Assembly (NCBI GenBank): GCA_965204735.1
Contig: OZ242008.1
Coordinates: forward strand, 3,264,001-3,328,000
Direction of reading: 5' to 3'
Source: Longimicrobiales bacterium
GTDB taxonomy: Bacteria > Gemmatimonadota > Gemmatimonadetes > Longimicrobiales > Gaopeijiaceae
DNA: 64,000 nucleotides
Below the pieces are notes generated by a model, which was given only the letters and a program-made list of their open reading frames with translations, searched no databases and had not been told where the DNA came from. Of the stretch, positions 20,526 through 29,931 are shown piece by piece. Every line of letters begins with the position of its first letter. Position 1 is the first letter of the stretch. The position numbers were made by a program, and so were the translations under genes.

Positions 20526-21178
20526 GCCGCCCTCCCGTCGTGCTGGTGGGCGCCGGCGACCTGGGCGTCGACGCCCTCTCGGTCCACGAAGCCCTTCTCG
20601 CGGCCCCTTCCGGCGCCGACGCCGCCTCGGCCCCGCGCCTGGCCGGCTTCGTGGACGACTCCCCCGCCCTTCGGGGCCGCTCCGTCCAGGGGTTCCCCGT
20701 CCTGGGCGCCGTCGCATGGCTGGAGGGCCGAACGCGCGAGTTCCAGGCGCTGGTGGCCGTGGGGGACCCGGCGGTCCGCGCCGCCCTGCGCCGGCGCCTC
20801 CAGGGCGTCGGCGCGACTTTCGCCACCTGGGTCCACCCGGGCGCGGTGCGCACGCGCAGCGTCTCGTTCGGCGGCGGGTGCCTGGTCATGGGCGCCACCT
20901 CCTTCACCGTGGACGTGGAGGTGGGCCGCAACGTCGTGGTGAATCCGGGCGCCACGATCGCCCACCACGCGCGCATCGGCGACGACTCGGTGATCTGCCC
21001 GGGCGTGCACATGGCCGGAAGGGTCGTCGTCGAGCCCCGCGCGTTCCTCGGAACGGGCGCCGCAGTGGCGCCCGGCTGCCGGGTCGGGGCCGACGCCGTG
21101 GTCGGGGCGGGAGCGGTCGTCCTGGACGACGTTCCTCCGGGGGCGCGCGTCGCCGGCGTCCCTGCCAAGGCCCTTTAG
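20522..21178 (+). CDS. NeuD/PglB/VioB-family sugar acetyltransferase
   Basis: LVGAG, GFVDD, VAVGDPAVR, VHP, hexapeptide repeats and VAGVPAK. Confidence 0.88.
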   Translation: MSRPPVVLVGAGDLGVDALSVHEALLAAPSGADAASAPRLAGFVDDSPALRGRSVQGFPVLGAVAWLEGRTREFQALVAVGDPAVRAALRRRLQGVGATFATWVHPGAVRTRSVSFGGGCLVMGATSFTVDVEVGRNVVVNPGATIAHHARIGDDSVICPGVHMAGRVVVEPRAFLGTGAAVAPGCRVGADAVVGAGAVVLDDVPPGARVAGVPAKAL

Positions 21179-21200
21179 CAGACGCTATATTGCAGGCAAC

Positions 21201-22283
21201 ATGACCGGCTCCGATCCCCGTCTCCCGCCCTCCCCGCCTCTTCTTGCCGACCACCGGGTTCTCGTCACCGGCGGCGGCGGCTTCATCGGCTCGGCGCTGG
21301 CGGAGCGCCTGGTCCACGCGAACCACGTCACTCTCTACGACCAGTCCTTCCGCAGCAACGCCATCGCCCTGAGCCGGGCGTGGAACCATCCCTCGCTGCG
21401 CTTGGTGAAGGGTTCGGTCCTCGACGAGCGGCGCCTGGCCGAAGCGGCCCGGGACCACGACGTCGTCGTCCACTTGGCGGCGGTCGTCGGGGTCGACCAG
21501 GTCCGCGCCAGAGGACTCGACACGATCGAGACCAACTTCACCGGCACCCGCAACTTGCTTCGGGCACTGGACGGCCACGACGGCCTGCACCGCTTCGTCT
21601 ACTTCTCGACCTCCGAGGTCATCGGAATCAACGCCTTTCGCGCCGGCGAGGAGTCCCCCGCCACGATCGGTCCCGTGGGCGAGGCGCGCTGGACCTACTC
21701 CATCGCCAAGCTGGCCGGCGAGCACTTGGTCTACTGCTACCACCGGGAACGGCAGCTGCCCACGGTCACGATCAGGCCCTTCAACGTCTTCGGACGCCTC
21801 CGGCTGGGCGACCACGCCATGCTCCGCTTCATCACCGCCGCCCAGCGGGGCGACCCCTTGAAGGTGAACGGCGACGGCACCCAGATCCGTTCCTGGTGCT
21901 ACATCGACGACTTCGTGGACGCCCTCCTGCGCGCCCTTCAGCACCCGGCCGCCGTCGGCCAGACGTTCAACATCGGCAACCCCCGCAACACCCTCACCAT
22001 CTACGACCTGGCCCAGCGCATCGTCTCCCTGCTGGGCTCCAGCTCCGAGATCGTCTTCCGCAACATCGACTTCTCGGACATCGACGTGCGCGTCCCCCGC
22101 ATGACCAAGGCGCTGGATCTGCTGGGCTTCCAGCCCCGCGTCGAGCTTGCCGAAGCCATCCTGGCCACGGCCGAGTGGTACGCCGACCACCAGCCCGCCG
22201 ACCAACCCTCCGCCGGCCACCAGCCCGCCGACCACCAGCCCAGACCCGACCGCCCGCCCCCTCGATCCCGACCCGCCGGCTGA
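21201..22283 (+). CDS. NAD-dependent epimerase/dehydratase
   Basis: TGGGGFIG, HLAAVVGV, STSEV, RWTYSIAK, RPFNVFG and GDGTQIRSWCYIDD motifs. Confidence 0.9.
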   Translation: MTGSDPRLPPSPPLLADHRVLVTGGGGFIGSALAERLVHANHVTLYDQSFRSNAIALSRAWNHPSLRLVKGSVLDERRLAEAARDHDVVVHLAAVVGVDQVRARGLDTIETNFTGTRNLLRALDGHDGLHRFVYFSTSEVIGINAFRAGEESPATIGPVGEARWTYSIAKLAGEHLVYCYHRERQLPTVTIRPFNVFGRLRLGDHAMLRFITAAQRGDPLKVNGDGTQIRSWCYIDDFVDALLRALQHPAAVGQTFNIGNPRNTLTIYDLAQRIVSLLGSSSEIVFRNIDFSDIDVRVPRMTKALDLLGFQPRVELAEAILATAEWYADHQPADQPSAGHQPADHQPRPDRPPPRSRPAG

Positions 22284-24115
22284 TGCTCGCAGCCCTCGGG
22301 TTCGCCGGAGTCGCGGCAGTCGCGGGCTATTTCCTCACTCACGCGGCCGCTCGGGCGCTGCCCCGCCTGGGCCTCCTCTCCAAGCCGGACCCGAACCACC
22401 CGGCCGCCGTGCCCTTGGGGGGCGGAGTCGTGCTCTGGGCCGTCGCCCTCCTGGCGTTCGTGGCGATCGGCGCCCTCGGCTACCCTCCGGCGCCGCTGGC
22501 CAACGTCTTCGCCGGCGCGACATGCCTCTTCGTCGCGGGTCTCTGGGACGACGCCCGCCCGCTGGCGCCCCGAACCAAGCTGCTGGCCCAGCTGGCGGCC
22601 GCGACCCTCGTGATCGTCTCGGGCGCGACCTTTCCGCTGGGACCCGGCCTGGAGTGGCTGGCGGTTCCGCTGACCCTCCTCTGGTTCGTCGGGCTGTGCA
22701 ACGCCTTCAACCTGATCGACAACATGGACGGCATGCTCCCGGGAGTCGCCGCCGCCGCCGCCGTGTTCGTCGGATTCTTCGCCTTCGCGACGGACCGGAC
22801 CGGGACCGGGCTCTTCGCCTGGGCCGTGGCCGGCGGCTGCCTGGGGTTCCTTCGCCACAACCTTCCCCCGGCCAGAATTCTCCTGGGAGACTCGGGCTCC
22901 ATGTTCCTGGGCTTCCTCCTGGCGGGCTTGGCCATAGGGGACTCTTGGCGGGGAATGACCCATGTGGGACTGACGGTCCTGGCGCCCGCCATGCTGCTGG
23001 CGGTGCCGATCTTCAACGCCACCTTCGTCACGGTCACGCGGAAGCTTCGGGGCGTCCCGGTGAGCCGGGGGAAGGCGGACCACATCAACTACCGCCTTCT
23101 CGCCCACGGCCTCTCCCACGGTCGCGCGCTGGCGACCGTCTACGCCCTCTCCGTGGTCGCCGGCGCCTTGGGCCTCATGGCGATCGCCGTCGCTCCCCTC
23201 GCCTACGCCGCCGGCGCCGCCCTCTTCCTGGTCGTCCTCTTCTACGTCGGCGCCTTCCTCTACGACGGCCACGTCCAGGAGCGCTTCCGGGGGTTCGTGG
23301 TCAAGCCCTCCCGCCAGGGGTGGGAACACTCCCCCTGGTACCGGTGGGTGATGCTCTTCGGCGCGGTCTCCGGAGACGTGCTCCTCGTCTTCGCGGCGCT
23401 CTACCTGGCCTTCCACCTCCGCTTCGACGGACTGGTCCCCGCCGACCAGCTCCAGAACATGGCCGCGGTCCTCCCGTACCTCATCCTCTTCCGGGTGGGA
23501 CTGGCTCTTCTGAAGGGCATCTACGACACGCGATGGCGGCTGGCGTCCACCCCCGACACCTTCCGCCTGGCCGGGACCGTGCTCCTCGGGTCCCTCCTCT
23601 TCGCGACCCTCGTGCTGGTCCTGCGCCTGCCTTCGTTTCCTCGCACCGTCGTCTTCATCGAAGGGATGCTCACGCTGCTCTTCGTCGCCGGCACTCGCTT
23701 GGGCGTGCGCCGACTGGGCGAAGTGACGGCCCGCGAGCGCGAAGCCAGAGAGGGCAAGCGCACGATCGTCGCCGGCTCCTCGGAGGGGCTGCTCTCCGCC
23801 TACCGGGAGATCAGGGCTCGCGACGGGGAGTACCACGTCGTCGGCTTCGTCGAGGCGGGCTCGGGGGTCGCGATGGGACGCGTGCAGGGCGTGCCCGTCC
23901 TTGGCCCGATCTCCAAGCTGGCGGCGCTGGCCCGGCTGGCGCGGGCCGAGCACATCGTCCTGGCGCACCCCAAGGGGTCCGGCGCCGAGGTGGACGCCCA
24001 CCTGCGCGTGGCGCTCGCGGCGGGCCTCACCGCCGAGGTCGTGAAGCTGGAGATCGTCGCCGGCGCCACCTGGCTCGCGCGCCGGAACCGGGTCGCAGGC
24101 GGCAGAACCGCCTAG
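22283..24115 (+). CDS. WecA/TagO (MraY-family) phosphoglycosyltransferase fused to a CapD/PglF N-terminal TM + CoA-binding-like domain
   Basis: GLWDD, NAFNLIDNMDG, LGDSGSMFLG and DHINYRL motifs, followed by LAFHLRFD, GIYDTRWR, FPRTV, VVGFVE and QGVPVLG. Confidence 0.8.
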   Translation: MLAALGFAGVAAVAGYFLTHAAARALPRLGLLSKPDPNHPAAVPLGGGVVLWAVALLAFVAIGALGYPPAPLANVFAGATCLFVAGLWDDARPLAPRTKLLAQLAAATLVIVSGATFPLGPGLEWLAVPLTLLWFVGLCNAFNLIDNMDGMLPGVAAAAAVFVGFFAFATDRTGTGLFAWAVAGGCLGFLRHNLPPARILLGDSGSMFLGFLLAGLAIGDSWRGMTHVGLTVLAPAMLLAVPIFNATFVTVTRKLRGVPVSRGKADHINYRLLAHGLSHGRALATVYALSVVAGALGLMAIAVAPLAYAAGAALFLVVLFYVGAFLYDGHVQERFRGFVVKPSRQGWEHSPWYRWVMLFGAVSGDVLLVFAALYLAFHLRFDGLVPADQLQNMAAVLPYLILFRVGLALLKGIYDTRWRLASTPDTFRLAGTVLLGSLLFATLVLVLRLPSFPRTVVFIEGMLTLLFVAGTRLGVRRLGEVTAREREAREGKRTIVAGSSEGLLSAYREIRARDGEYHVVGFVEAGSGVAMGRVQGVPVLGPISKLAALARLARAEHIVLAHPKGSGAEVDAHLRVALAAGLTAEVVKLEIVAGATWLARRNRVAGGRTA

Positions 24116-24133
24116 GGGACCGTCGCCCGCGCG

Positions 24134-25696
24134 ATGCGCGCCACCCACGGCATGGGCGCCTTGGGGACGGGGACCGTCGTCGCCGCCGTCCTGGGCCTGG
24201 CGCTTCAGTCCCTGATCGGCTTCCTCTTCGGCGCCGGCGCCGAGACCGACGCCTACTTCATGAGCCTGTACGTCGTGGCCTTCCTGGCCAAGGCGTTCAT
24301 GTTCGGTCCTCTCAAGTCGATTGTGCTCCCGGAGTACGCGGGGCTCGGAGTCCGCTCGGACGAAGGCGGGCTGCTGCTGGCGGCGGTTCGGCGCCGACTC
24401 GGCTGGGCTGCGCTGCTGGTCGCGGCCGCGGCGGCTGCGAGCGCCCCCTGGCTGGTGGACGCCTTCGCCCCCGGCTACCACGGCGAGCAGCGCGCGCTGA
24501 CCGTCGCCCTCCTGCGCATCCGAGCGCCCGCGCTGGCGTTCCTGGCCCTGACCGTCACCGCCCTGGCGGCGCTGGAGGCGACGGGTCGCTTCGGCCGGGT
24601 GGCCCTGGGCCGCGCGGTCCTGCCCGCCGCCGGGACCCTCCTCCTCCTGGTCGTCCTGGGCGACCGCTTCGGCATCACGGGCCTCGGCTGGGCGGGAACG
24701 GCAGGCGCCGCGGCGGGCTGCTTCGCCCTGCTGGCCTGGTCCCGCCGGGAGTCCCCGCTTCTTTCGCGTCGCCCTCGCGCCGAGCCTTCGGCCCCTCACC
24801 GCGACGCCGCCCGGCGCGTCTGGAGGCGGTGGGCCGGCATGGGCTGGAGCAACGCCGCCACCATCGGCGGCGAGTGGGTGTATCGGATCGCCGCGTCCAC
24901 CTTGGGCCCGGGGCTCTTCACCGCCGTGGTCTTCGGCCGCATGGTCCACGACCTCCTTCACGGCGCCCTCAACGACTCGGCGTCCACCGTGGCACTCGCC
25001 CGCTTCTCCCGCGACCGCGCCGCTCGCCGCAGCCCCGCCGCCGCCCTCGCTTCCTCGCTGCAAGGCATCTCCGCCGCCGCGCTTCCGGCGGCCGTCTTCG
25101 TGGCGATCATGTCGCCCTGGATCGCCGCCCTCCTCTTCGGTCGAGGCCAGCTGGCCCGCGACGGCATGCTCGGCCCCGTGGCCGCCAGCATGGCCCTCTT
25201 CATGGCGGGCGTGGTGGTGCAGGGCCGGAACCAGCTGGCGTTTCAAGCGGCTTTCGCGACGGGGCGCTCCGCTCTGGTGAACCGGGTGCAGGTGGTGGGC
25301 CACGCCTTCCGCGCCGTCGCGCTGCTCCCGGCGGCATGGCTCTGGTCGTTCGTCGGAGTGGTGGCCGCCCAGGTCGCGATGAATGTGGTGGTCGCGATCG
25401 CGTTCTGGCGTGCCGCGCCGGCGGAACTCGCACCCAACGGCCGTCGTGCCGCCGCCGTCGGGGGGCTGGGCCGCCCCGTGGCCGCCGTCGCCGCTCCGTC
25501 GCTCCTCCTCCTGCTGGCGGTCGCGGCGCTCCCCGACCCCTTCCACGCCGGCGAGCTCCTCCGCCTGGGCGTGGTGTCGGCCGCCGCCGTCGCGTGGTGC
25601 GTCGCGGTCCTGACGACCGGCGCCTTCCTCCGCGTCCCCCTTCACGCCGACTTGGCCCGCCGCCTGCGGAAGCGCTTGGCAAGCCGTCGCCAGTAG
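24134..25696 (+). CDS. MurJ/MviN-like (MOP) flippase
   Basis: FGAGAETDAYF and FAPGY motifs; highly hydrophobic. Confidence 0.7.
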   Translation: MRATHGMGALGTGTVVAAVLGLALQSLIGFLFGAGAETDAYFMSLYVVAFLAKAFMFGPLKSIVLPEYAGLGVRSDEGGLLLAAVRRRLGWAALLVAAAAAASAPWLVDAFAPGYHGEQRALTVALLRIRAPALAFLALTVTALAALEATGRFGRVALGRAVLPAAGTLLLLVVLGDRFGITGLGWAGTAGAAAGCFALLAWSRRESPLLSRRPRAEPSAPHRDAARRVWRRWAGMGWSNAATIGGEWVYRIAASTLGPGLFTAVVFGRMVHDLLHGALNDSASTVALARFSRDRAARRSPAAALASSLQGISAAALPAAVFVAIMSPWIAALLFGRGQLARDGMLGPVAASMALFMAGVVVQGRNQLAFQAAFATGRSALVNRVQVVGHAFRAVALLPAAWLWSFVGVVAAQVAMNVVVAIAFWRAAPAELAPNGRRAAAVGGLGRPVAAVAAPSLLLLLAVAALPDPFHAGELLRLGVVSAAAVAWCVAVLTTGAFLRVPLHADLARRLRKRLASRRQ

Positions 25697-25846
25697 CGGC
25701 TCCTCTCGGGCGCCAGTACCGGCGGACGCCGGAGCAGAACCCCGGAGCCCTGTGGCCAACCGGTTGTCCCGGAATTGCCGGGGTCGCTGGCCGGACTGAT
25801 GTCTTGTCTTGTATGCTTCTGTTCGACTCGCCGGAGCCTGGAGCCG

Positions 25847-26212
25847 ATGGGCACCCCAAAGGCGACGCCGCAAGCAAGGAGGACGCGCGTGTCCAAGCGG
25901 TGGCAGCTCTTGTCGATCCTCGTCTTTCTGGTCGCTGGATCGGCGGTTGTCTACGCATGCACGCCGACCAATCCACCTCCCGTGGAGCGGAAGGCCGTCC
26001 CCCCGGAGGGGAGAGCGCCGACCCTGGAGGAACGGGAGCTGGCTCGTTCCCTGTTGCCCGAGATTCGGCGGCAGTGGGAGGAAAACCCTCCCATCAAGGG
26101 CGCAACCGCCGAAGACATGGACGCCTTCTTCGAGCTCATGCGGAGAATGACCCTCGAACCGTCCGGCAAGGTGTGGGTGGACCCGAAGGAGCTCTACAAA
26201 CCCCGGCCTTAG
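25847..26212 (+). CDS. Hypothetical protein with N-terminal TM/signal segment
   Basis: GGAG before ATG 25847; hydrophobic LLSILVFLVAGSAVVYAC; followed by a hairpin. Confidence 0.55.
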   Translation: MGTPKATPQARRTRVSKRWQLLSILVFLVAGSAVVYACTPTNPPPVERKAVPPEGRAPTLEERELARSLLPEIRRQWEENPPIKGATAEDMDAFFELMRRMTLEPSGKVWVDPKELYKPRP

Positions 26213-26216
26213 GCCC

Positions 26217-26244
26217 GGGGCGACGCTGTCGGGGACGTCGCCCC
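26217..26244 (+). terminator. Stem-loop after the hypothetical ORF
   Basis: ggggcgacg...cgtcgcccc, perfect 9-bp stem; no U-tract. Confidence 0.45.
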
Positions 26245-26253
26245 CCATCCACA

Positions 26254-26383
26254 GGCGCACGATCAGAACAGCATCGGCAAAGGCTTGTTGAGGGTGCGCC
26301 ACAAGCTGCAGTTGCATGCATCATACCTGGGAAGCCGCTTAGGCGGGTTGCCGAAGGCGACGGCGTCTTTGATCACGAGACGC
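26254..26383 (+). ncRNA. Candidate structured leader RNA (unclassified)
   Basis: Nested stems TCGGCAA/TTGCCGA, GCTTGT/ACAAGC and CCGC-TTAG-GCGG; alternative pairing GGCGCAC/GTGCGCC. Confidence 0.25.
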
Positions 26384-26436
26384 GGGGCTCGACGCCGGCC
26401 GGCACCAGGACCTGATGGAAGAGGAGGCCTAAGGGC

Positions 26437-26772
26437 ATGGACGAGGTGAAGGTCGCGGTGGCCGGGCTGGTCAAGGCCGCGCGCTTCATGGCGCGGTGCA
26501 TGATGCTCAGGGACGCGACGGACGTCGACGGCGCCCGGCGCGCGCTCGAGGCGAGCGAGCGAGCGCTGCTCGACCTCTACGACGGGGACGTGGTGGACGA
26601 GGATGCGACGGCGGCGCTGGTCGAGGCGGCGGGCGTCCTCGAGAAGCGAGTGGTCGTTCGGGAGTACGGGCTGGCCTGGCCCGGCTTCGAGGACGTCGAC
26701 GGCGCCCGGCGCACGCTTGAGGCGAGCGAGCGAGCGCTGCTCGACCTCTACGAGCAGGCGGCGGCCGGATGA
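26437..26772 (+). CDS. Hypothetical protein with internal 20-aa duplication
   Basis: Strong RBS GAGGAGG; DVDGARRxLEASERALLDLY twice. Confidence 0.6.
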   Translation: MDEVKVAVAGLVKAARFMARCMMLRDATDVDGARRALEASERALLDLYDGDVVDEDATAALVEAAGVLEKRVVVREYGLAWPGFEDVDGARRTLEASERALLDLYEQAAAG

Positions 26773-26952
26773 CGGTCGCCTATGGTCCGAGGTCCCACGC
26801 GGTCTTCGTGTCCGGCGAGCCGATCGGCGCCGCGGACGCCCCATAGCACGGCCGGCGCCCGTAGACGAAGACGCTTCGGCCCTCTCGTCCAGATCGTCGG
26901 TTTCCGATAGATTTCCGACAGCGGACCGTCATCCCACCGGACCCAGGAGCAG

Positions 26953-27942
26953 ATGCCCGACGACAGCCGGAAAGTCCTCGTCACCGGCGGCGCCGGCTTC
27001 ATCGGGAGCCATGTCGCCGAAGCGCACTTGAGCCGGGGCGACCAAGTCTGGATCGTGGACGACCTGTCGTCGGGACGGATCGAGAACGTCCCCGCCGACG
27101 CGACCTTTCTCCAGGCCGACATCGGAAGCCAGGAGGCGGCTCGCCTGATCCGCCGCGAACGCTTCGAGGTGATCAACCACCAAGCGGCCCAGATCGACGT
27201 GCGCATCTCGGTGGCGGACCCTGCGCGGGACGCCCGCGTCAACGTCCTCGGGCTCATCAACGTCCTGGAAGCGGCGTGCAGGGCCGGCACCAGGCGTGTC
27301 GTCTTCGCTTCCAGCGGGGGCGTGGTGTACGGCGAGCCGGAAGAGCTCCCCACGCCGGAAACGGCGCCGAAGAGCGCCATGTCGCCCTACGGAGTCACCA
27401 AGCTGGCCGGCGAGTGGTACCTCGACTACTACCGCCAGGTCCACGGGCTGGAGTACGCGGCCCTTCGCTACGGAAACGTCTACGGCCCCCGCCAGGATCC
27501 CCACGGAGAAGCCGGCGTGGTGGCGATCTTCTCGTTGGCGCTCCTGGCGGGTGAACCGCTCCTCGTCTACGGCGACGGCGAGCAGACTCGCGACTACGTC
27601 TTCGTCGGCGACGTGGCCCGGGCCAACCTGATCGCGGCCGAGACGCCCCTTTCCACCGCCCAGGGCATCGACTCCCGCGCGTTCAACGTGGGGACGGAGG
27701 CGGGCGCCAGCGTGAACGCCCTGGCCGACGCCCTGCACAGCATCGCAGGCGCGCCCGACCGCCGTCGCCCCCGGGACGCCCGCCCCGGCGAGATCAAGCG
27801 TTCGACGCTGGCCACGTCCAAGCTCCGGAGCCTGGGATGGTCGCCCACCATCGGCTTGGACGAAGGGCTCCACCGGACCTTCCGCCACCTCAAGGCGGCA
27901 CAGGCCCCGTCGCCCCGGCCAACGGCGTCGGCGCCGCCATGA
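26953..27942 (+). CDS. galE: UDP-glucose 4-epimerase-like SDR
   Basis: TGGAGFIGSH, HQAAQIDVR, SSGGVVYG, YGVTK and NVYGPRQDPHGEAGVV motifs. Confidence 0.85.
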   Translation: MPDDSRKVLVTGGAGFIGSHVAEAHLSRGDQVWIVDDLSSGRIENVPADATFLQADIGSQEAARLIRRERFEVINHQAAQIDVRISVADPARDARVNVLGLINVLEAACRAGTRRVVFASSGGVVYGEPEELPTPETAPKSAMSPYGVTKLAGEWYLDYYRQVHGLEYAALRYGNVYGPRQDPHGEAGVVAIFSLALLAGEPLLVYGDGEQTRDYVFVGDVARANLIAAETPLSTAQGIDSRAFNVGTEAGASVNALADALHSIAGAPDRRRPRDARPGEIKRSTLATSKLRSLGWSPTIGLDEGLHRTFRHLKAAQAPSPRPTASAPP

Positions 27943-28706
27943 CCTACCCTTCGGCGTTCGCCCTCGCCTTCGCCGCCTCCGCCAGCGCGCGCCTGGCCGT
28001 CCCGCAGGACGCGCCGGAGGGAATGCTGGACATGGTCGCCGACGCCAGCCTCCCCACCTTGGGGGTGCTGACCGTCCTGGGACTCTTCTCGATCGCGTCG
28101 CTTTGGGTGATCCTGGCCAAGGTGCGCCACTACCGCGCCGTCCGCCGCCACGGCGACCGCTTTCTCGACGAGATGGAGCGCGCGGCCAGCTTGGAGGACG
28201 CCCGGCAGGCGCTGGCGGTCCTCCCCGAGTCCCCGTACACCCGCCTCTTCCGCAGCGGCCTCGCCTTCGTGCACGAACTCCGCCCGGGCGCGCTCAGAGG
28301 CGCGCAGCAGGGAACCGAGGCGCGGCCCGGCCTCTCCCTCACCCAGCTCGAAGCCCTGCGCATGGTGATGGACAAGGTGGAGGCCGAGGAAGCCGACGAC
28401 CTCTCCCACGGCCTGACTTGGCTGGCGGTGATCGGCTCCGTGTCACCCCTCCTGGGGCTGATGGGCACCGTGATCGGCGTGATGAACACCTTCCTGGGCA
28501 TCCACCAAGCCGGTTCGGCCAACATTCGCGCCGTGGCGCCGGGCGTCGCCGAAGCGCTGATCACAACGGTGGCGGGCCTCGCCGTCGCCATACCGTCGGT
28601 GATCGCCTACAACCACTTCGCGTCGCGCCTCAACCTAGTCATGGGCGAGCTCCAGGGCTTCGCCAGCGAGTTCATCGGGACCCTGGCGAAGGAGCGGCTG
28701 GTATGA
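27939..28706 (+). CDS. tolQ: TolQ (MotA/TolQ/ExbB)
   Basis: SPLLGLMGTVIG and VAPGVAEALITT motifs; tol-pal operon context. Confidence 0.9.
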   Translation: MTYPSAFALAFAASASARLAVPQDAPEGMLDMVADASLPTLGVLTVLGLFSIASLWVILAKVRHYRAVRRHGDRFLDEMERAASLEDARQALAVLPESPYTRLFRSGLAFVHELRPGALRGAQQGTEARPGLSLTQLEALRMVMDKVEAEEADDLSHGLTWLAVIGSVSPLLGLMGTVIGVMNTFLGIHQAGSANIRAVAPGVAEALITTVAGLAVAIPSVIAYNHFASRLNLVMGELQGFASEFIGTLAKERLV

Positions 28707-28734
28707 CCGCCGGCAGGGCGAAGGCACGGGTCGC

Positions 28735-29154
28735 GTGAGCAGCCGGCGTCGCCGCGACCGCTCGTTCATGGCGGTTCGAGCCGAGATCAACGTGACCAGC
28801 CTCGTGGACGTGGCGTTCACCCTCCTGGTCATCTTCATCATCACGGCGCCGGTGTTGCAGGGCGGGGTGGACGTGGACCTGCCGGAGGGGAGCGTGGGCG
28901 TCGTGCCGGCGAGCGACGAGATGCTCATCGTCACGATCGACAGGGACGGAACCGTGTACCTGAACGAACAGCCGGTTCCCCGGGACGGTCTCCAGAGCGC
29001 CCTCGGCCAGCTGATCCGCTCGATGTCGGTGCAGATGGTGTACGTGAGGGGCGACACCGCGGCCCGCTACGGGCCCGTCTTCGACGTGATCAGCGGCGCC
29101 GCCGTGCAGGAGGGCGTCGGCGTCAGCCTGATCGGCAGGGAGGTTCCCCGGTGA
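28735..29154 (+). CDS. tolR: TolR (ExbD/TolR)
   Basis: EINVTSLVDVAFTLLVIFIITAP and VRGD motifs. Confidence 0.9.
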   Translation: MSSRRRRDRSFMAVRAEINVTSLVDVAFTLLVIFIITAPVLQGGVDVDLPEGSVGVVPASDEMLIVTIDRDGTVYLNEQPVPRDGLQSALGQLIRSMSVQMVYVRGDTAARYGPVFDVISGAAVQEGVGVSLIGREVPR

Positions 29155-29924
29155 CTCTCGATCGGGGTTCCCTGGTCGCCTCCGTTTCCGTCCACGTGCT
29201 GGGGTTCGCCCTGATGCTGGCCGCCTCGATCTTCCGGGAAGACGACATCCTGTACGAGGTCGTCAGCGTCCAGATCTACTCCCCGCCCCCCGAGCCGGCG
29301 CCGCCCGCGGAGGAGCCCGCGCCGCCCGAGCCGGAAGACGAGCTGGTGGTGGAGACTCCGGACCCCGAACCGCCGGCGGAAGAACCGGAGCCCGAGCCCG
29401 AACCGCCCCCCGTGGAGCCCGAGCCGGAGCCTGTGGAACCCGAGCCGGAGCCCGAACCCGAGCCGGAGCCCGAGGAACCGGAAGTCGAGGACCCGCCTGC
29501 CGAGGAACCCCCTCCCGACGCTCCGCCGCCGCCCCCCGACGCGATCCCCTCCGAGGAAGCCGAGACACCGCCGGAGACCGAGGAGCGGGACGAAGCGGAA
29601 GAAGGCGGGCTGGACGTGAACGTCCGGCAAGAGGCGTTCAGCCGCGACTACCCGGAGTACTACGAGAACGTCGTGGTTCAGATGCGGCGGTGCTTCCGCC
29701 CCCCGAGCGAGACCCGCGAGGCCACGGTGAGCTTCTCGATCCGCCGCGACGGCACGACAGCCGAGATCGACATGGCCCGCTCCTCCGGCAGCTTCGTCTT
29801 CGACCTGGCCGCCCAAGAGGCGGCGGAGTGCGTCGGAAAGAGCGGACGCCTCGGCCCGCTGCCGGACGAGTATCCGCTCGAACGGCTCCCGATCCTGTTC
29901 AGGTTCAGCCCCAAGAGAAGGTGA
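29151..29924 (+). CDS. tolA: TolA/TonB-like energy transducer
   Basis: N-terminal TM with SVSVH, Pro/Glu-rich spacer, TonB_C-like SSGSFVFD. Confidence 0.75.
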   Translation: MTLDRGSLVASVSVHVLGFALMLAASIFREDDILYEVVSVQIYSPPPEPAPPAEEPAPPEPEDELVVETPDPEPPAEEPEPEPEPPPVEPEPEPVEPEPEPEPEPEPEEPEVEDPPAEEPPPDAPPPPPDAIPSEEAETPPETEERDEAEEGGLDVNVRQEAFSRDYPEYYENVVVQMRRCFRPPSETREATVSFSIRRDGTTAEIDMARSSGSFVFDLAAQEAAECVGKSGRLGPLPDEYPLERLPILFRFSPKRR

Positions 29925-29931
29925 GGCGTCG

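Noticed and set aside
26274..26354. Firm c-di-GMP-I riboswitch call
   Set aside because: Only the terminal GGCAAA/GTTGCCGA resemble it; the GNRA loop, receptor and conserved core are missing. Kept as an unclassified candidate.
22001..26415. Very long alternative-frame ORFs (e.g. 22001-26317, 22147-26415; likewise 34278-38669 and 46932-50333)
   Set aside because: Shadow ORFs caused by stop-codon scarcity in high-GC DNA. They are Arg/Pro/Gly-rich and overlap well-supported genes.
29280..29600. Pro-Glu repeats in tolA/tonB
   Set aside because: Normal periplasm-spanning spacer for this family.
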